64,000 nt of DNA from Macrostomum hystrix. Lineage: Eukaryota; Animalia; Platyhelminthes. The notes under the pieces were generated by a model. It saw nothing but the letters and a program-made list of their open reading frames with translations, had not been told where the DNA came from and did no database searches. Within the stretch, counting starts at the first letter, position 1; the number at the start of each line of letters is the position of its first letter. Below are positions 26,615 through 40,000 of this stretch, in pieces. Where the stretch lies: contig CATNEN010000040.1 of the NCBI GenBank assembly GCA_950097015.1, positions 1 to 64,000 on the forward strand, written 5' to 3'. The position numbers and the translations under genes are program-made.

Positions 26615-28886
26615 TCACTTTCGCTTCCTTGCTTTTCCAACTTTTGCCGACAGCTTCGAGCTTTTTCTCGCCGTCGACTTGGCCTTCAATCCTTTGCCTT
26701 TGAGGATTCCGCTTCTGGCTTTGAAGGCGACCGGCTTCGCTTTTAGTCTTTTGTCTTTGATGATGCGGCTTTTCGACGTCGCCTTCGCCCGATCGCCATT
26801 GGCGAGGTCGAATTTCACCTTGGACGCCGAATTGACGGTAGACTTAGCCGTCGACATCTTCGACGATGACGATAGTCGAGCCTTCTTGTTTGGCGGAGCC
26901 GACTCGGCATCGTCGTTATCCGCTGGCGCCGCACCTTCGCCTTCTTTAGCTTCGGCTGCAAGCAGTCGGTCGGCCTCTTCAGCACTGAGCTGGCCGGCTG
27001 CCACCATGCCCTCCAGGCAGCGCCGCTTGTGCCGCAGCCGCTCCTCGGCCTTGGCGGTGATCCGATCGGCCTGGAAACACAGTGGTGCACTTAAGTTGAT
27101 CTACTTATTTAACATTCTTTAACAGCAAAAAAATTGATTCACCTGGACTGAGATTCGAACTCCAGACCTTTTTGTTAAGGAGACTGAAGCTTTAAACACT
27201 AGGCTATACAAAACAACTTTTTTTGTTTATCTGTTGTATTTAAATGAAGTGAGCAGTAAGCCAGGGCTTTAACTTTGATTGAAAGTACAAGTAGATAAAC
27301 TTGCAAGATGGAATCGCAAATTTGTGGGAAAACGATGTAAAAAAATATGGTGAAGCATATGGCACTTTATTCATAGAATGTCGCTCTTTACCTGTTCCGA
27401 CTTCCTCTTAGCCTTGAGTCGTTTCTTCCTCCTAGCCCGACTGTCCAACTCAACCAGTTCTTCCTGAGACTTGGACACAAATTTGTGATAGAGCACAGCG
27501 CCTGAATTGACGCCCTCCTCAACTTTCAGCAGCTGGAGCTCAATCCTGGGTCCTAGTTCGGTTAGGCGCACAGCGGAGGCGCCGCCTTGGGGATTGGAGG
27601 GCCCGATGGTCACGGGCAGGCTATCGATGGTATTGTGGTCGCCGTCCAAATCGGCGTCTGACAGACCGGAGTCTGAGGCGTTGCCGGCGCCGTTCATGAA
27701 ATCGTTGAAGTCTGCGTAGCGACTGAGGTCCGGAACCTGATATTTGATTTTAGGATCAGCTCACGCACAGTAGCAAACGTAGAGCAAACAAGACACACAT
27801 AGACACACACACACATGATTTACAATCAGTCACCCGACTTAATTAGTACTATTCTTTTCTAACAGTACTTCTGCCTCCAGTCAGTCAGTTGTTATCCCAG
27901 TCGGTCAGCTATAATTATAGTATTTCAGCTACAATTCTACAGTCTGTAAGCTACAATTCTACAGTCTGTAAGATACAATGCTACAGTCTGTAAGCTACAA
28001 TGCTACAGTCTGTAAGCTACAATTCTACAGTCTGTAAGCTATAATTCTACAGTCTGTAAGCTACAATTCTACAGTCTGTAAGCTACAATTCTACAGTCTG
28101 TAAGCTACAATTCTACAGTCTGTAAGCTACAATTCTAGAGTCTGTCAGCTACAATTCTACAGTCTGTCAGCTGTTTTAATATGTTTTAATATTATCAATC
28201 AGCGTTAATCCATCAGCCAGTTAGCAGCGAGCACAAACCTTCTTTCTCCTCAGCCGGCGCACAGCCTTGGACACGCCCCTGGGTGCCAGCCTGATGCTGT
28301 AGTGGCGCAGCTGAATTCGATCGCTCTCGGGCAAATAATTCAGCAGCAGGCAGCGGCGCACAGTTCGCAGGTTTAATTGCTGCAAATTTAACGCCGGTAG
28401 GAGGCTGCGAAAGGTGGCAGTGAGCAGCCGCAGCTGGTGACCTTCGCCAGTAAATCCGTTCATGATCAGCAGCGGCGGATTGTGATAAATAGACGAGCTG
28501 CTGTTAATCCGTCGGGCCGAGCTCAGAACGTCGGAGCGCAGACTGTAGGACAGCACTCGAAATGTCAGAGTGGGACCGTGCGGACAGGCCACAATGCGCA
28601 TATTGACAGAATCAGCCGGGTGAGTCAGGTAGATCAGATGGCTGACAGCGAATTTTCCAGCAATGGCGACGGCGTCCTTCAACACGTTGGACTTGCTGAA
28701 TCGCAGGCGCATGGCCGTGTAGGGCTCGAATGCCAGACGAAGATCGGTGGATAACTGTTTAACAAATTTGCCAACACCGGCGCGCGAGAATATCATAGTG
28801 TGCGGCTTAGCTCGCTCTTCCTCTTCTCGGCCCGGCTGGGCTTTGTTGCGCCGCTTGGCGCGGCCTTTCTTATTTTTGCGGGACAT
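26615..28886 (-). CDS. PPAN: Peter Pan / Ssf1 Brix-domain protein; exons 28886-28239, 27736-27392, 27070-26615
   Basis: PHTMIF, EPYTAMRL...N.LKD, GPTLTF, PPLLIMNGF, RRCLLLNY, LRHYSI, SAVRLTELGPRIELQLLKVEEG and VLYHKFV motifs. Junctions join in frame. Confidence 0.93.
27930..28170 (+). repeat. 22-bp intronic minisatellite (CTACAATTCTACAGTCTGTAAG)
   Basis: Direct reading. Confidence 0.92.
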
Positions 28887-31800
28887 TATATGGCTGCGGG
28901 AGGAACACAGATTTGGAAATTAAAACTAAGTAGTTAAATACGCTGCTAGTCATTTGCAGCTGTAGTTATCATATTTTAATAACAAAGATGAATGTTGCAA
29001 ACAATGGCAAATATGGTCCAATCGTCCAAGTCCAATTAAATCGAATACAAGTTAATTGGTCTGCAGCCAGCTGCTTAACTAAGTAGTTTGTACCACTGCT
29101 ACCTATATGGAATTACATTAGAGGGCATTGGCCAATGCTAGAATATCGACAGAAGCTAAAACAGCAAATAAGTACACAATATTTGCAACAAGCAACAACA
29201 ATTATAAATGACAACTAGACAATACAAAAAAGTATACAAACATGCTTTTTAGACCTGACCTAGATGTGTGAAACTAACCCAAATTAAAAGTGCACTTGTG
29301 TATAAATTCTACTGTGTGATTAGTAAAAACTTAACTTTTGTTCAGGGCACTACTACTTTCTGGATAACTCGACAACCTGCTGTCCCACATTGGATTCAGC
29401 TAGAGTAGAGTAGGCTTATAAACATTTATAGTTACCCTGAGCTCAGGTCAATATTATATTACAACTTTTAGCTAGTCTTGCTAAAAGTTACAATAATTAG
29501 CCTACTAAAGATTAGTGTCCTTTGATATCTCTGCTAGTAAATTTTTTTGTAGAGTTCCATTGTAGCCTTAGATATGGCAATGGGAAGTTACAGATACAGA
29601 ACTTTTTTCACAAAAGTTATAGGGATATGGTTATGGCAATTTGTGTGCATCTGGGGTTTTTTCCCAGATACAATGGTACTGAAGCCCATGAATATGTGTA
29701 TTGTGGGCTAGGGTTTCCCTTGTTGGGGCTGAAGATTGACAAGTTTAAACGAAATATTATTTTTTAATGCATTAATTTAAATTTGTCTAAAAAGGAAAAA
29801 TAATTTTTTTAAATGCCATGTGCATTTGTTGTGGGGTTTTATCCTAATCTGGTTAAGTCCCAGGAATTATATATTATAAACTTCAAACAAAACCATATGC
29901 ACATTGTGCCCTGTGGGATAGGGTTTTTCCTAGTTGGGGAGGCAATTGATAGACAACTGAATTATAATAAAGTCACTTATTTAGACAGAATACAATGATA
30001 AAATGGAAACTGTAAATTCCCTGGTATGGTGTTATGGACTCCAGATCTGGATATAATGTCAGTTTTAATCTTCAGGCCTACATATGTTACATTTCTGTGT
30101 TACATGCATAATACATTGGTATTTAAGTAAATAAAATTTTCAAAATTGTCTTATTTTCCACTAAATCTACCTACTCACAGTTGTGAGACTAGTATAGGCT
30201 TAGCAATAAAAGAAAGCTTATGAACATCACTAATTGTGAATTGCTAATTGAATATTGCTAAGCTGGAACTGTGTCAATGAGTTCTTTTTTATAGTATAGT
30301 ATGCCTAAGTTTAAAGGACACAATTGTAACGATTTGCAGAGGAAAGTGCGGAACTAGTTAACATGCTTTCATCGAGTTTCTGAAACCTTTTTTTGTTCAG
30401 TAACAAGTCAGTAGTGTCATTTGCGCATGTTCATCATATCATATTTCAAGCATGTATGCAATACAATAGTCAGCGCAATTTTTCATGCAATTGTTAGCAA
30501 CATTACATATTATTCAAAATTAATGATTGTTCAAAATTTAACGTACACGTGCATTGCTCGTAATTAAAAGAGGGCCTACTACAGGTACTGGAGGTTCTGG
30601 AAAACATGTATATGGCCAGTTGTATATAGCACATGAAAATTGCTAGGATACAGTTCCTGTAAAATATGTGCTTTAAGTTCTTAAAGTTATCGGCAAAACA
30701 AGCTGCCATGTAGATAGGCAGAGAATTATCGGCACGGATCTGTGTGGATAAAATTGAAATTAACAACATAGCATACATAAAGAGTTGTAGACCTATTCAT
30801 ACAAGCTGCCATGTGGATAAGTAGAAAATTATCGACATGGATCCGTGTGGATAAAATTGAAATTATTGGCACTGGACTGTGGGAATAAGCACTGCCAGAT
30901 ATTTTTCTATTTCAGCAATCATGGCTTGCATCAAGGAGGCAAAATTGATTAACCATGCTTATTCATTTCAGTAGACAAACTGAATGGAATAGCCAACCCC
31001 CATTGCATGACAATCCATTAACAAGAAAAATAGAATTTTGCAACTTCAAGCCAAATGGTCGTCTAGCTAAGTCAATTTTGTGTCCAACATGGAGTAGTGC
31101 AATGAAACTAACACCTGCACACAACAATATAGACTACCTAACTAGCGTATAACTAACTAGACACTATGCCCCTCAGCTGTGGTTCACAATCATTTACATA
31201 TATTTCAGCTATTTAAATGATCCTAAACCAAAGTTTTTAGAAAAGTTTTTAGATCCTCTTTTTAGAGAAGTTTTGGAACTTGAATGATGCACTAAAACAC
31301 TATTACATTTGGGTCATGATCATTTATATATATTTCTGCCAAATGATAATGAATAAAAGTTCATTAGGCCTATTAAAAGTTAAAAGTTTTAAAGTTAATT
31401 AAAATTTAACTAAAAGTTAATGAAAAATGACTTATTAAAGTTATCAAAGTGGTTTGTTTCCGAAATGGTTAGTGGACCAAATTGATTCAAGAGACATGTC
31501 ATACATGAAGCATGAAGCTAGATCAATGGGAGGTTAAGGAAATCAGGAAGTTAAGCTAGGTTAGTTAATCTTGCTTTGGATACAGATAGGCCTAGGCTAA
31601 TGAAAAGTTTTTAAAATACCGATTATACATAAATATACAGAAAAGTAAAAATATTTGGTTATGATAGAAAAATATTTTTGGTAGTTAACCAGAAAGCAAG
31701 AAACACAATACAATACACAGGGCCTATTGAAAAAATAATTTGCTAGGTATTTAAACTCGTTAGGTCTTATAAATAAGCAAGTATGAAGCAATAAGTTTTA

Positions 31801-32009
31801 CATATGAGTAGGCCCTAGAGAATTGTCTCTACTCTCTAGATAGGCCTATCTATCAGAATCTCATGTAGTACCGCCAGGCGCCAGTATGTTAGAAAACATC
31901 TAGCACTTATTAAATAGTGTAATAAAGTAAGCACCATTAGCACTGACATATCAGCTTTGTCATGTCTGTCGGAAAATGTCTGTCAGAGAATCTCTTAGAC
32001 TAAAAAATA

Positions 32010-32085
32010 TCCACGACGTAGTGTCTTCCGGTTTGAACATTCCCTTCCGGACGTAACATGGCCTGTGCCACAGGCTGCGACGGAC
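32010..32085. promoter_or_regulatory. Candidate bidirectional housekeeping promoter
   Basis: CpG-rich island in AT-rich DNA between divergent PPAN and DNAJC9. Two CTTCCGG (ETS-like) sites and AACATGGC (YY1-like). Motif-based only. Confidence 0.35.
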
Positions 32086-33049
32086 GCAAACTTTAATTTA
32101 AAAGTTTTTTGTTTTCTACATAACAAACTATAATGCAAATCGGCGACAAATCTACAAATGCAAAGCAAATATATTCACTATTTGATAATTTTTTGTAAAT
32201 TTTACTTATTTCGTTTATTGAGTGTCTCCTTATATTCGTATGTCGCACCGTGTTTCGTGTACACTAGCATCACAAATTATTCACATTTTACTTTAGTATG
32301 ATGTCATGATGTGTGGTGCGTACGTCTACGTTTTTGCTAGGCTAACATAAGCAGTGGGAGGCATGTATATGCTCTAGTTGTCAGAGTCTAATATTTCTGA
32401 AAGATATAATTTTATAATAATGTTACTAATGAATTTTTCATTGATTCTAGAATATGAGTATATGCTTTTTTTTATTTTCCTAGAGCCCTTTTTAAAATAA
32501 AACTGCTCCTTTATAAATAAAATTTTTTTATATTTCTTCGGACTCTATAACAAACTCATATTATTACACTTAAAAATTTAATAATGTATTTCAAGGACCA
32601 CTAGGAGTACTCTACTACTACTACCACTAGGGTTCTAGTCTCTTCATCTGCCGCAATCTGGTCTGGCAACATATGAGTTGATTTATTTGTAGGCAAGTTA
32701 AATTCATGAGCAAATGAATAATTTGCAAACAGCATTTGATTTAATGGCTACAAGAAGAGCATTTAAAATGAGTCAAATCTTGTTTAGATTTGCTGCTGAC
32801 TAAAGAAGTGGGAAATCAGTGTTTTATTTAGTGTTTTAATAACTCTCTGGAAATTATAGATTGTTACCTCTATGTTGAAATCTTATTTTAAAATTTAAAT
32901 GAAACTTTATGTCCACATCATGCAGTACACTAATAAACCAATCAAGACTAGCTTATCTAGTAATCAATCAACAGGTTGTAGATAAGTCTAGGCCAACATT
33001 GTGGTTGTAATTTTGTGGCAGATTCTGTGTAGGTTTAGTGCAGGTGTGA

Positions 33050-33540
33050 AATGGTATGTAGGTCCTGGCCCCAGTCCTGGCCAGTGAGGCATCTCAGGAC
33101 TCTAGAGTATATCTGCAGGTTCTAGTACTAGACAGAGGCATGGTGGTAGATGAACTGCAGGTTCAGCTGAACACCTAACAGTTTTGAGTGTAGTTCAAAG
33201 GGTACCTTAGAGACATCAAGCATGATGCAAGGCTGTACCATTCCATTAGTCTGATGCAGATTAAGGGAGAAGTTGAGGCAGACACAATTAGCTTCTAGGT
33301 TTAGGACCATAGCAGTAGCCAGTTGGCCATACATTGCAGAGTTTGTTTGCACTTGTAGAGATTAGATCCCTGAGCTCCAAAGTACTGTTGTCACCATTGG
33401 CTAGATTCAGTATCTCCTTGGGCACACCATCTAGGTTGTTCATGTAGATGATCCACAGGGTTGGGGCAAGGACTGAGCCCTGAGGGAGGCCATCATAGAA
33501 GATAAGAATTTAGCTACTGGTTCTTATCTAGGTGACATGG
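33050..33540 (-). pseudogene. Degenerate non-LTR retrotransposon reverse transcriptase fragment
   Basis: Minus strand reads GLPQGSVLAPTLWIIYMNNL (LINE GVPQGSVLxP motif). The YADD motif has decayed (ANGDN), and KLLGVQL resembles KYLGV. Confidence 0.75.
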
Positions 33541-34459
33541 GTGTATCTGTTAGAGAGAAACCATATAAGCTAGTTTATAAGCCTTATAAACCTTATACAG
33601 ATGGCAACTTTGGGAAGTGTTCTAGGCATGCTTAGTGGTCTGGCCCACAGCCTATTTTTTTTATTTTTATGCTTTATCAGTATCAGTAGTAAGTAACAGA
33701 ATTGACTACTATGTAATCTAGTTTAATTAAGTGGAAAGTAAAAACCAATGGCAATGGCAATTTCCACCTTGTAGCTAGCTAGGTCATATTCAGGGCTACA
33801 ATATGGTGTAATGAAACATGTTTTATTCTTGGCAAATGAAAAAATTAATCTGAGGCAGTTACTATAGCCACTTTTAGTGCATACTCATACTATCTTGTTA
33901 TATTAGTTATGTCAGTGCAAAGGGACTATTTAATGCTGTTATATATTGTACTCTTGTCTGTTACTTTTTAGTTTCTGGGTACATGTAAGTTATACTAACT
34001 GTATTGTAACTATACTCATCTAATATAGGTTGCAGTATAGCTATACCTTTAATAGGTAGTATCCTCCAGTAATTTATAGTACATATTATTAGATAGGCCT
34101 ATACTTTTCACCATAGTCTGTTTTGGTGAATCATGTTACAAGCATATTTGTCCAGCAAATCTCATCAAGATAGCTATCTGCCTGTTTCAGGTTGTAAATC
34201 TACATACTAAATAATAAAATAAGTTTTTTCTTGTCATTATCTCCTACCAATATATGTTTATTGTAGCATTCCATAATTATGAGCTTATTTATAATGAGAT
34301 AAGTACTCATATATAGAATCAAGATTACTGTATAAAAAGAGTCGCTCTAGATGACCCAGACGACATGCTAAGGATTCCAAAATCAAGTAAATCATGTAAA
34401 GCAAAATGAACAATTAAGCTTAGCTTAGAGATTGATTGCTTCCAATCTGCAATCTCCAG

Positions 34460-35774
34460 GCCCCCGGATTCCTAGAGCAGTGCGAGAAGCACTTTGGCAC
34501 CAAGGACCTCTATGCGGTGATTGGCTGCGACTCCAGTGCTACGCCAGCCCAGCTAAAGAAGGCCTATTATAAGAAGTCTCTGGAGCTGCATCCGGATACA
34601 AATCGGTCGGACGAGAAGGTGGAAGCCACCGCCAAATTCCAGGTACTTTCAAAGGCCTACTCTCTGCTTGGCGACGTAGAGAAACGCAAAATCTATGATG
34701 AAACTGGCAGCGTTGACGACGACTCGGGCGTTGAACTAGCCGAAGAGTTTCAACGCTGGGAGGATTACTGGCGCCTCCTGTTTCCCAGGGTCACCACGCA
34801 GCGCTACAATGAGTTCAAGGCTAGCTATGTTGGCAGCGAGAAGGAAGTGGCCGATATTAAGAAGGTAAATCAGCTTTCACTGGAAATATTTAGATGCATG
34901 GCATTTGTTATTAAAATACGAGTACATCATGTAATCTAACTAATTCCTCATTACTAATATTTGGCATATTTGCATATTCTTTAAATTCAAACTTTTAGTG
35001 CCAAAATATTCTAAGAAAATTCCGTTAATATGTAAATTATAAAGAACTTTATTATTTGATAAAAAAATTATGCACACAAATTAATTTAAACACCTTTTTT
35101 TCTTGCTATCCAATGCTTTTTTAGTTTTATGTTTCTTAGAAAACTGACAATAAGCGAAAGAATCTTTGACAGGCAATAATGGCTTGTTTTTTAGGGCGTC
35201 ATGATGTACATACCATGTGTTAAAGTGTAGTCACCAATTGTATAAGTGTTTTCCTAAATTGCCTTGTGTCCATTCGAACACTCAGGCCTACCTGGAATTC
35301 AACGGCGACATGGACAAGGTGCTGGAGTCGGTGCTGTTCGCTGACTATCCGGAAGAGGACCGAATCAGCGGTATAATCAGCGGCCTGATCGACTCCGGCG
35401 AGCTGCCCGCACTTGATGCCTTCACTGCCGAGCCGGCCAAGAAGAAGGCCAGCCGCAAGCGGGCCTACGAGCGGGAGCGTCGGGAATTTGAGAAGGCCAA
35501 TGCCGAAGAGAAGAAACGCAGCGGGAAAGGCGTCGCCGGCTTGGAGGACGACGGCGAGAACAATCTGGCTCAGGCCATTCAGCTGAACATGCGGCAGCGA
35601 GCCGGGGCCATGGAGTCGCTGATTGACAGCCTGGCTGCCAAGTACGGCGCAGCTGGCAAAGCAAAAGCCAGAACAGCCGGTGTGGCCAACGGTGGCGTCA
35701 AGAAGCGGCCGAAGGCAAAGATTGGCGCTGCTTCTGCGGCTTCTAGTAGCGGCAAGCGCGCTAAAAAGTCTTGA
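34460..35774 (+). CDS. DNAJC9: DnaJ homolog subfamily C member 9; exons 34460-34864, 35286-35774
   Basis: J domain with HPD (LELHPD), DLYAVIG, FQVLSKAY, YDETG, W.DYWRLLF, YVGSEKE, AYLEFNGDMDKVLESV and KYG tail. No in-frame ATG (TGA at 34433). Confidence 0.93.
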
Positions 35775-36283
35775 CAAGAAACACTGCTGTGTTTTTATAC
35801 CTGTTTAATAGCCAGTGAGTGTCTATTTATCCCTCATTTTAGTGGCTAAACTCCATATTAAGTGCATAAAAATATTCAGCATTTTATAACAATTTCAAAA
35901 CTATAAGCTCACTAATGCTTCACTACTTTCCTATTTGCTAGAAAAAATCTGCGCTGGCAACATTTGACTTGCAAACTATTTTCTTTACTAATAGGAGTAT
36001 AAAATCTGCATTTTCTATTTTGCTAAAGCAACACTTCGACAAAAATATGAAATATTTCATTCTTTTTTCAGTGGTATTATTATTTAATATTCAATCCGAA
36101 TATACGAGTATTACTTCCTGTCATACAAAAATATAACCGGTTAAAACTGTGCGTAAGTGGCAAGAAGTCTTAACTTTAATAGCTTAATCTTACTAATGTC
36201 TAGATATAATAGCGAGTAAATAAGAAGGGTTCCTGCGCGATCTGTGCACATACTATTATTAGCTCAAGGCATATGATCTAGAG

Positions 36284-36766
36284 CAGGGGTCGGCAAACTC
36301 CGGCCCGCGGGCCAGATGCGGCCCTCGAAGCTCCCAAATCCGGCCCTTTGCCCCTTCTGACATCTACAGTGTCCTGTTTCATCTCTCTCGTGTCTAATCT
36401 CTCCCGTGTCTAATCTCTCCCGTGTCTAATCTCTCTCGTGTCTAATCTCTCCCGTGTCTAATCTCTCCTGTGTCTAATCTCTCCCGTATCTAATCTCTCC
36501 CGTATCTAATCTCTCCCGTGTCTAATCTCTTCCCTGTCTAATCTCTCCTGTGTCTAATCTCTCCCGTGTCTAATCTCTCCCGTGTCTAATCTCTTCCCTG
36601 TCTTATCTCTCCCGTGTCTCATCTCTCTCGTGTCCCATCTTTCCTGTGTCTCATCTCTCACGTGTCTCATCTCTCCCCTATCTCATACTTATACAGTCAA
36701 TGCGGCCCGCTGTCGTCTTTTGGGCTCTCTCTTTGGCCCGCCAGCGCATAAGTTTGCCTACCCCTG
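36284..36766. mobile_element. hAT (Charlie/Buster-like) MITE, 483 bp, with internal 16-bp repeat
   Basis: TIRs CAGGGGTCGGCAAAC / GTTTGCCTACCCCTG. Perfect 8-bp TSD ATCTAGAG (36276-36283 and 36767-36774). Subterminal GGCCC motifs. Confidence 0.93.
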
Positions 36767-37083
36767 ATCTAGAGCTCAGAGTTAAGCCACTCTAATACTG
36801 TGGGCATACATCGGGAGTTGGCACCAGCATTAGCTGTGATAATTAAGGGTGGGTGCGGCGTTCCCCCAGTCCATGGACTGAAAAGCCGTAGGGAGCCTTC
36901 AGAGACACCGCGCAATAGCTGCGGCTGTGCTGCTGGCTAGACACGTGGCAGATTAGAGGGGGATAGATAGGACATTGGGACAAGACAGGAGAGATAAAAC
37001 CGGTGGGAATGGGCCAGGATTTAGGAGCCTTGTCGATCGTGATTACCCTCTCTTGAAGTCTAGAATATTTTCAATTCTTGCAG

Positions 37084-40000
37084 GAGTCCAAATTGCCCGC
37101 AAGCGTCCCTAGTGGCAGCCAGCGCAGTCAGCCGCATCAGCGAAGCCAGGCCGACTCCGTCAGCAACTGGCGCCGGCCAGCCGTTCCAGCAGGCGCTGCG
37201 CCGACTGGCGGCGGCGCCGCTTTCAACGACAAGTGGCGAAGCGGTGGTAGAAGGCCGCCTCGCGGAGGGGGCGAAGGTGGCAGCAGGTACGCTCGTATTT
37301 AATCTGCACTTTTAAGGTTAAACCACGATTAACAATTAGCTTCTAAAAATGCGCTTTGGAAGGCCACTGAACATTCTGCTTGATATCTAAGCTGAAATTT
37401 CGTATGATGATCTATACATCATGTCTACATGTACCAGCGTATATACATGTATAGACATCTCAATCTATGCGTTTTGTACAGTTTTTGCGAATATATTCAC
37501 CATGCATACGTACTCGTACTGTAGTTTAAATCTGCGTACGTAGGAAAGTGCAGTCTGCGTGCATAGGAAAGTACAGCCTGCGTGCATAGGAATGTACAGC
37601 CTGCGTACATTGGAATGTACAGCCTGCGTACATTGGAATGTACAGCCTGCGTACATTGGAATGTACAGCCTGCGTACATTGGAAAGTACAGCCTGCGTGC
37701 ATAGTAATGTACAGCCTGCGTACATTGGAATGTACAGCCTGCGTACATTGGAATGTAGATCCTGAACTTTCTATTTACTTCGGAATGTGCATGTCTTGTA
37801 TCTTAAATTCGATGCCAAGGATAACTCTCGACTCACGACCCGCTGCTTCTTCCACCTTGCAGGCGTTCTGGAGCACAGTCAGCAATCGGCGACTCGTCTG
37901 GCTTTTCAGCAACGTCTTCGTCAGCGTCAACTGCCGCGGCCAGCTTAGACACATACGATCTGCAACGCCTAGATCCGTGCGTGCAGAAGCTGCTGCTGCT
38001 GCTGACCTCGCCGCCAGATCCAGAGAGAGCTCCCGCTACCGTGCGCAGCCTGTGGCGTGCCAACTGCGCCCAGGCGTTGGCCGAATTGCGCTCGGCCGCC
38101 GAGCTGGGGCCGGACAACGAAGTTGGCCAACGCGTGGTCAGCCCGGACGCTTTGGCCATCCTGATGCAGCTTCTGCCGCGCTTTCAGCCGGGCGACGAAG
38201 CGCCAGTGGCGCCTCTACAGGTGAATATCGAGTTAACATGCTTTATGTAATTTTAGCCACTCGATGAATATTATAACCGCAGGTAGAATGCTTTCATTAG
38301 AATCGCACCCAGAAGCTTAATGCTAAAATCGCAGCTAGATGGCTTAATACTGGAATCGCAGCTAGATGGCTTAATACTGGAATCGCAGCTAGATGGCTTA
38401 ATACTGGAATCGCAGCTAGATGGCTTAATACTGGAATCGCAGCTAGATGACTTAATGCTGGAATCGCAGCTAGATGGCTTAATACTGGAATCGCAGCTAG
38501 ATGGCTTAATACTGGAATCGCAGCTAGATGGCTTAATACTGGAATCGCAGCTAGAAGGCTTAATACTGGAATCGCAGCTAGATGGCTCAATTCTGGGCTA
38601 AATACTGGAATCGCAGCTGGGTGCCAGAATCAACCTGCTCTCCAAAATGAATCAATCAATCGATCACTCAGGCCCTGATCGCCAGCGCTCTGATCAGCCA
38701 CAAGATCACGCCGGCTGAGCCGCTCACCCTGGCCACCGTTCGCCACCTGCTGGCCCGCCTGTACAGTGACCCCATGAGCTCCGAGAACAATCATTCGGAG
38801 CTGACATGTGCTCACCTGCAGCTGCTGGCCGCACTGTGCCTGCCAGTCAGTCATTTCAGCCAGCAGCAGGGCCTTCTGCGTGACACGGTGCGCAGATTGC
38901 TGGAACGACTGGACCGCTGGCCTGATGAGTCGACAGCCGAAGATCAGCTGGCGTCTTCCTGCCAGTTCTATGCTGCTCAGGCGTTGGCCAATCTGGCCTA
39001 TTTAAAGCCTACTGATCAGCGCGACTGCCTGCCCCCGGATTTGGTATCTGTTCTGATGGCGCGCTGTTTGTCAATGTTGGAATCTGCGCCAACTGAAACA
39101 GGCGGAAATAGCGCCAGAGTGCTGCAACTGCTGCTGCATCTGCTAACCTTTCTAATCAGCAGGTAGAAACATTAATATCAATATTGTTATTATTACTGAT
39201 TACACCTCTGAAAGCTGCGTACGGACTGTTCAGTCCATGGACTTGGGGACCGCAGCACTCACCCTCAATTTTCCCAGCCAATGTCGGTAAAATGTGGATT
39301 TTAATGTCTTGCTAAAGGACACAAATTGTTCCACGGGAGTCGGGAATCGAACCCTCAACGTTCAAGTCATTAGTCCGACCTCTAGACTACAACCCCCTGG
39401 CTATAATTAATGTAACCGTGGGCAATGACGCAGCATTCTGTTACATTCGACCAGCAAGCAATTTTCATGTATCTTTGGGATCGACTTGATTGCGCCACAA
39501 GTTCCCAAATAAATGTGGCCTCGCTGCGGATTCGAGCTCAGGAACCTTTGTTCCGAGTGTGAGACGCGTACGTTGCCGCTGCGCTGCTCAACCAGTGACA
39601 TTATCCAGTGCTATTATTTCCCTATCGGCCAGGTCGCCTCCGATTCGCCCTGCCGACCTGCCCCGCCTGCTGACCCAGCTGCGTCGCTACTTGTGGCACG
39701 GCCTGCCTCCGTCGACCGGCTCCGCCTCTGAACCCGACGCGCAGATTGTCTTCGCCCGAGAACCGGAGCTGGACCAGCTCGATTCGGTCACTGTGCCCGG
39801 CCTGCGATCAAAGAAGCCCCTGAAGAAGGCTCGCTACGTTGCCAGGGGCGACGGCGGCGACTCGGACGAAGAGGCCGGCGGCAGCTTGGAGCAGCGGCTC
39901 AGCGGCTTAGACCTGCGGGATGCCGACCTGGCCGACCTAATGATCAGCCGGGACGGTGAGTGCAGCCTTCTTGCTTCAAAATTTAATCTGAATCTTGGGG

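Noticed and set aside
30690-30865. ~105-bp direct repeat containing three TGTGGATAA (DnaA-box-like) sites
   Set aside because: No other bacterial signal. The motif multiplicity is mostly explained by a local duplication.
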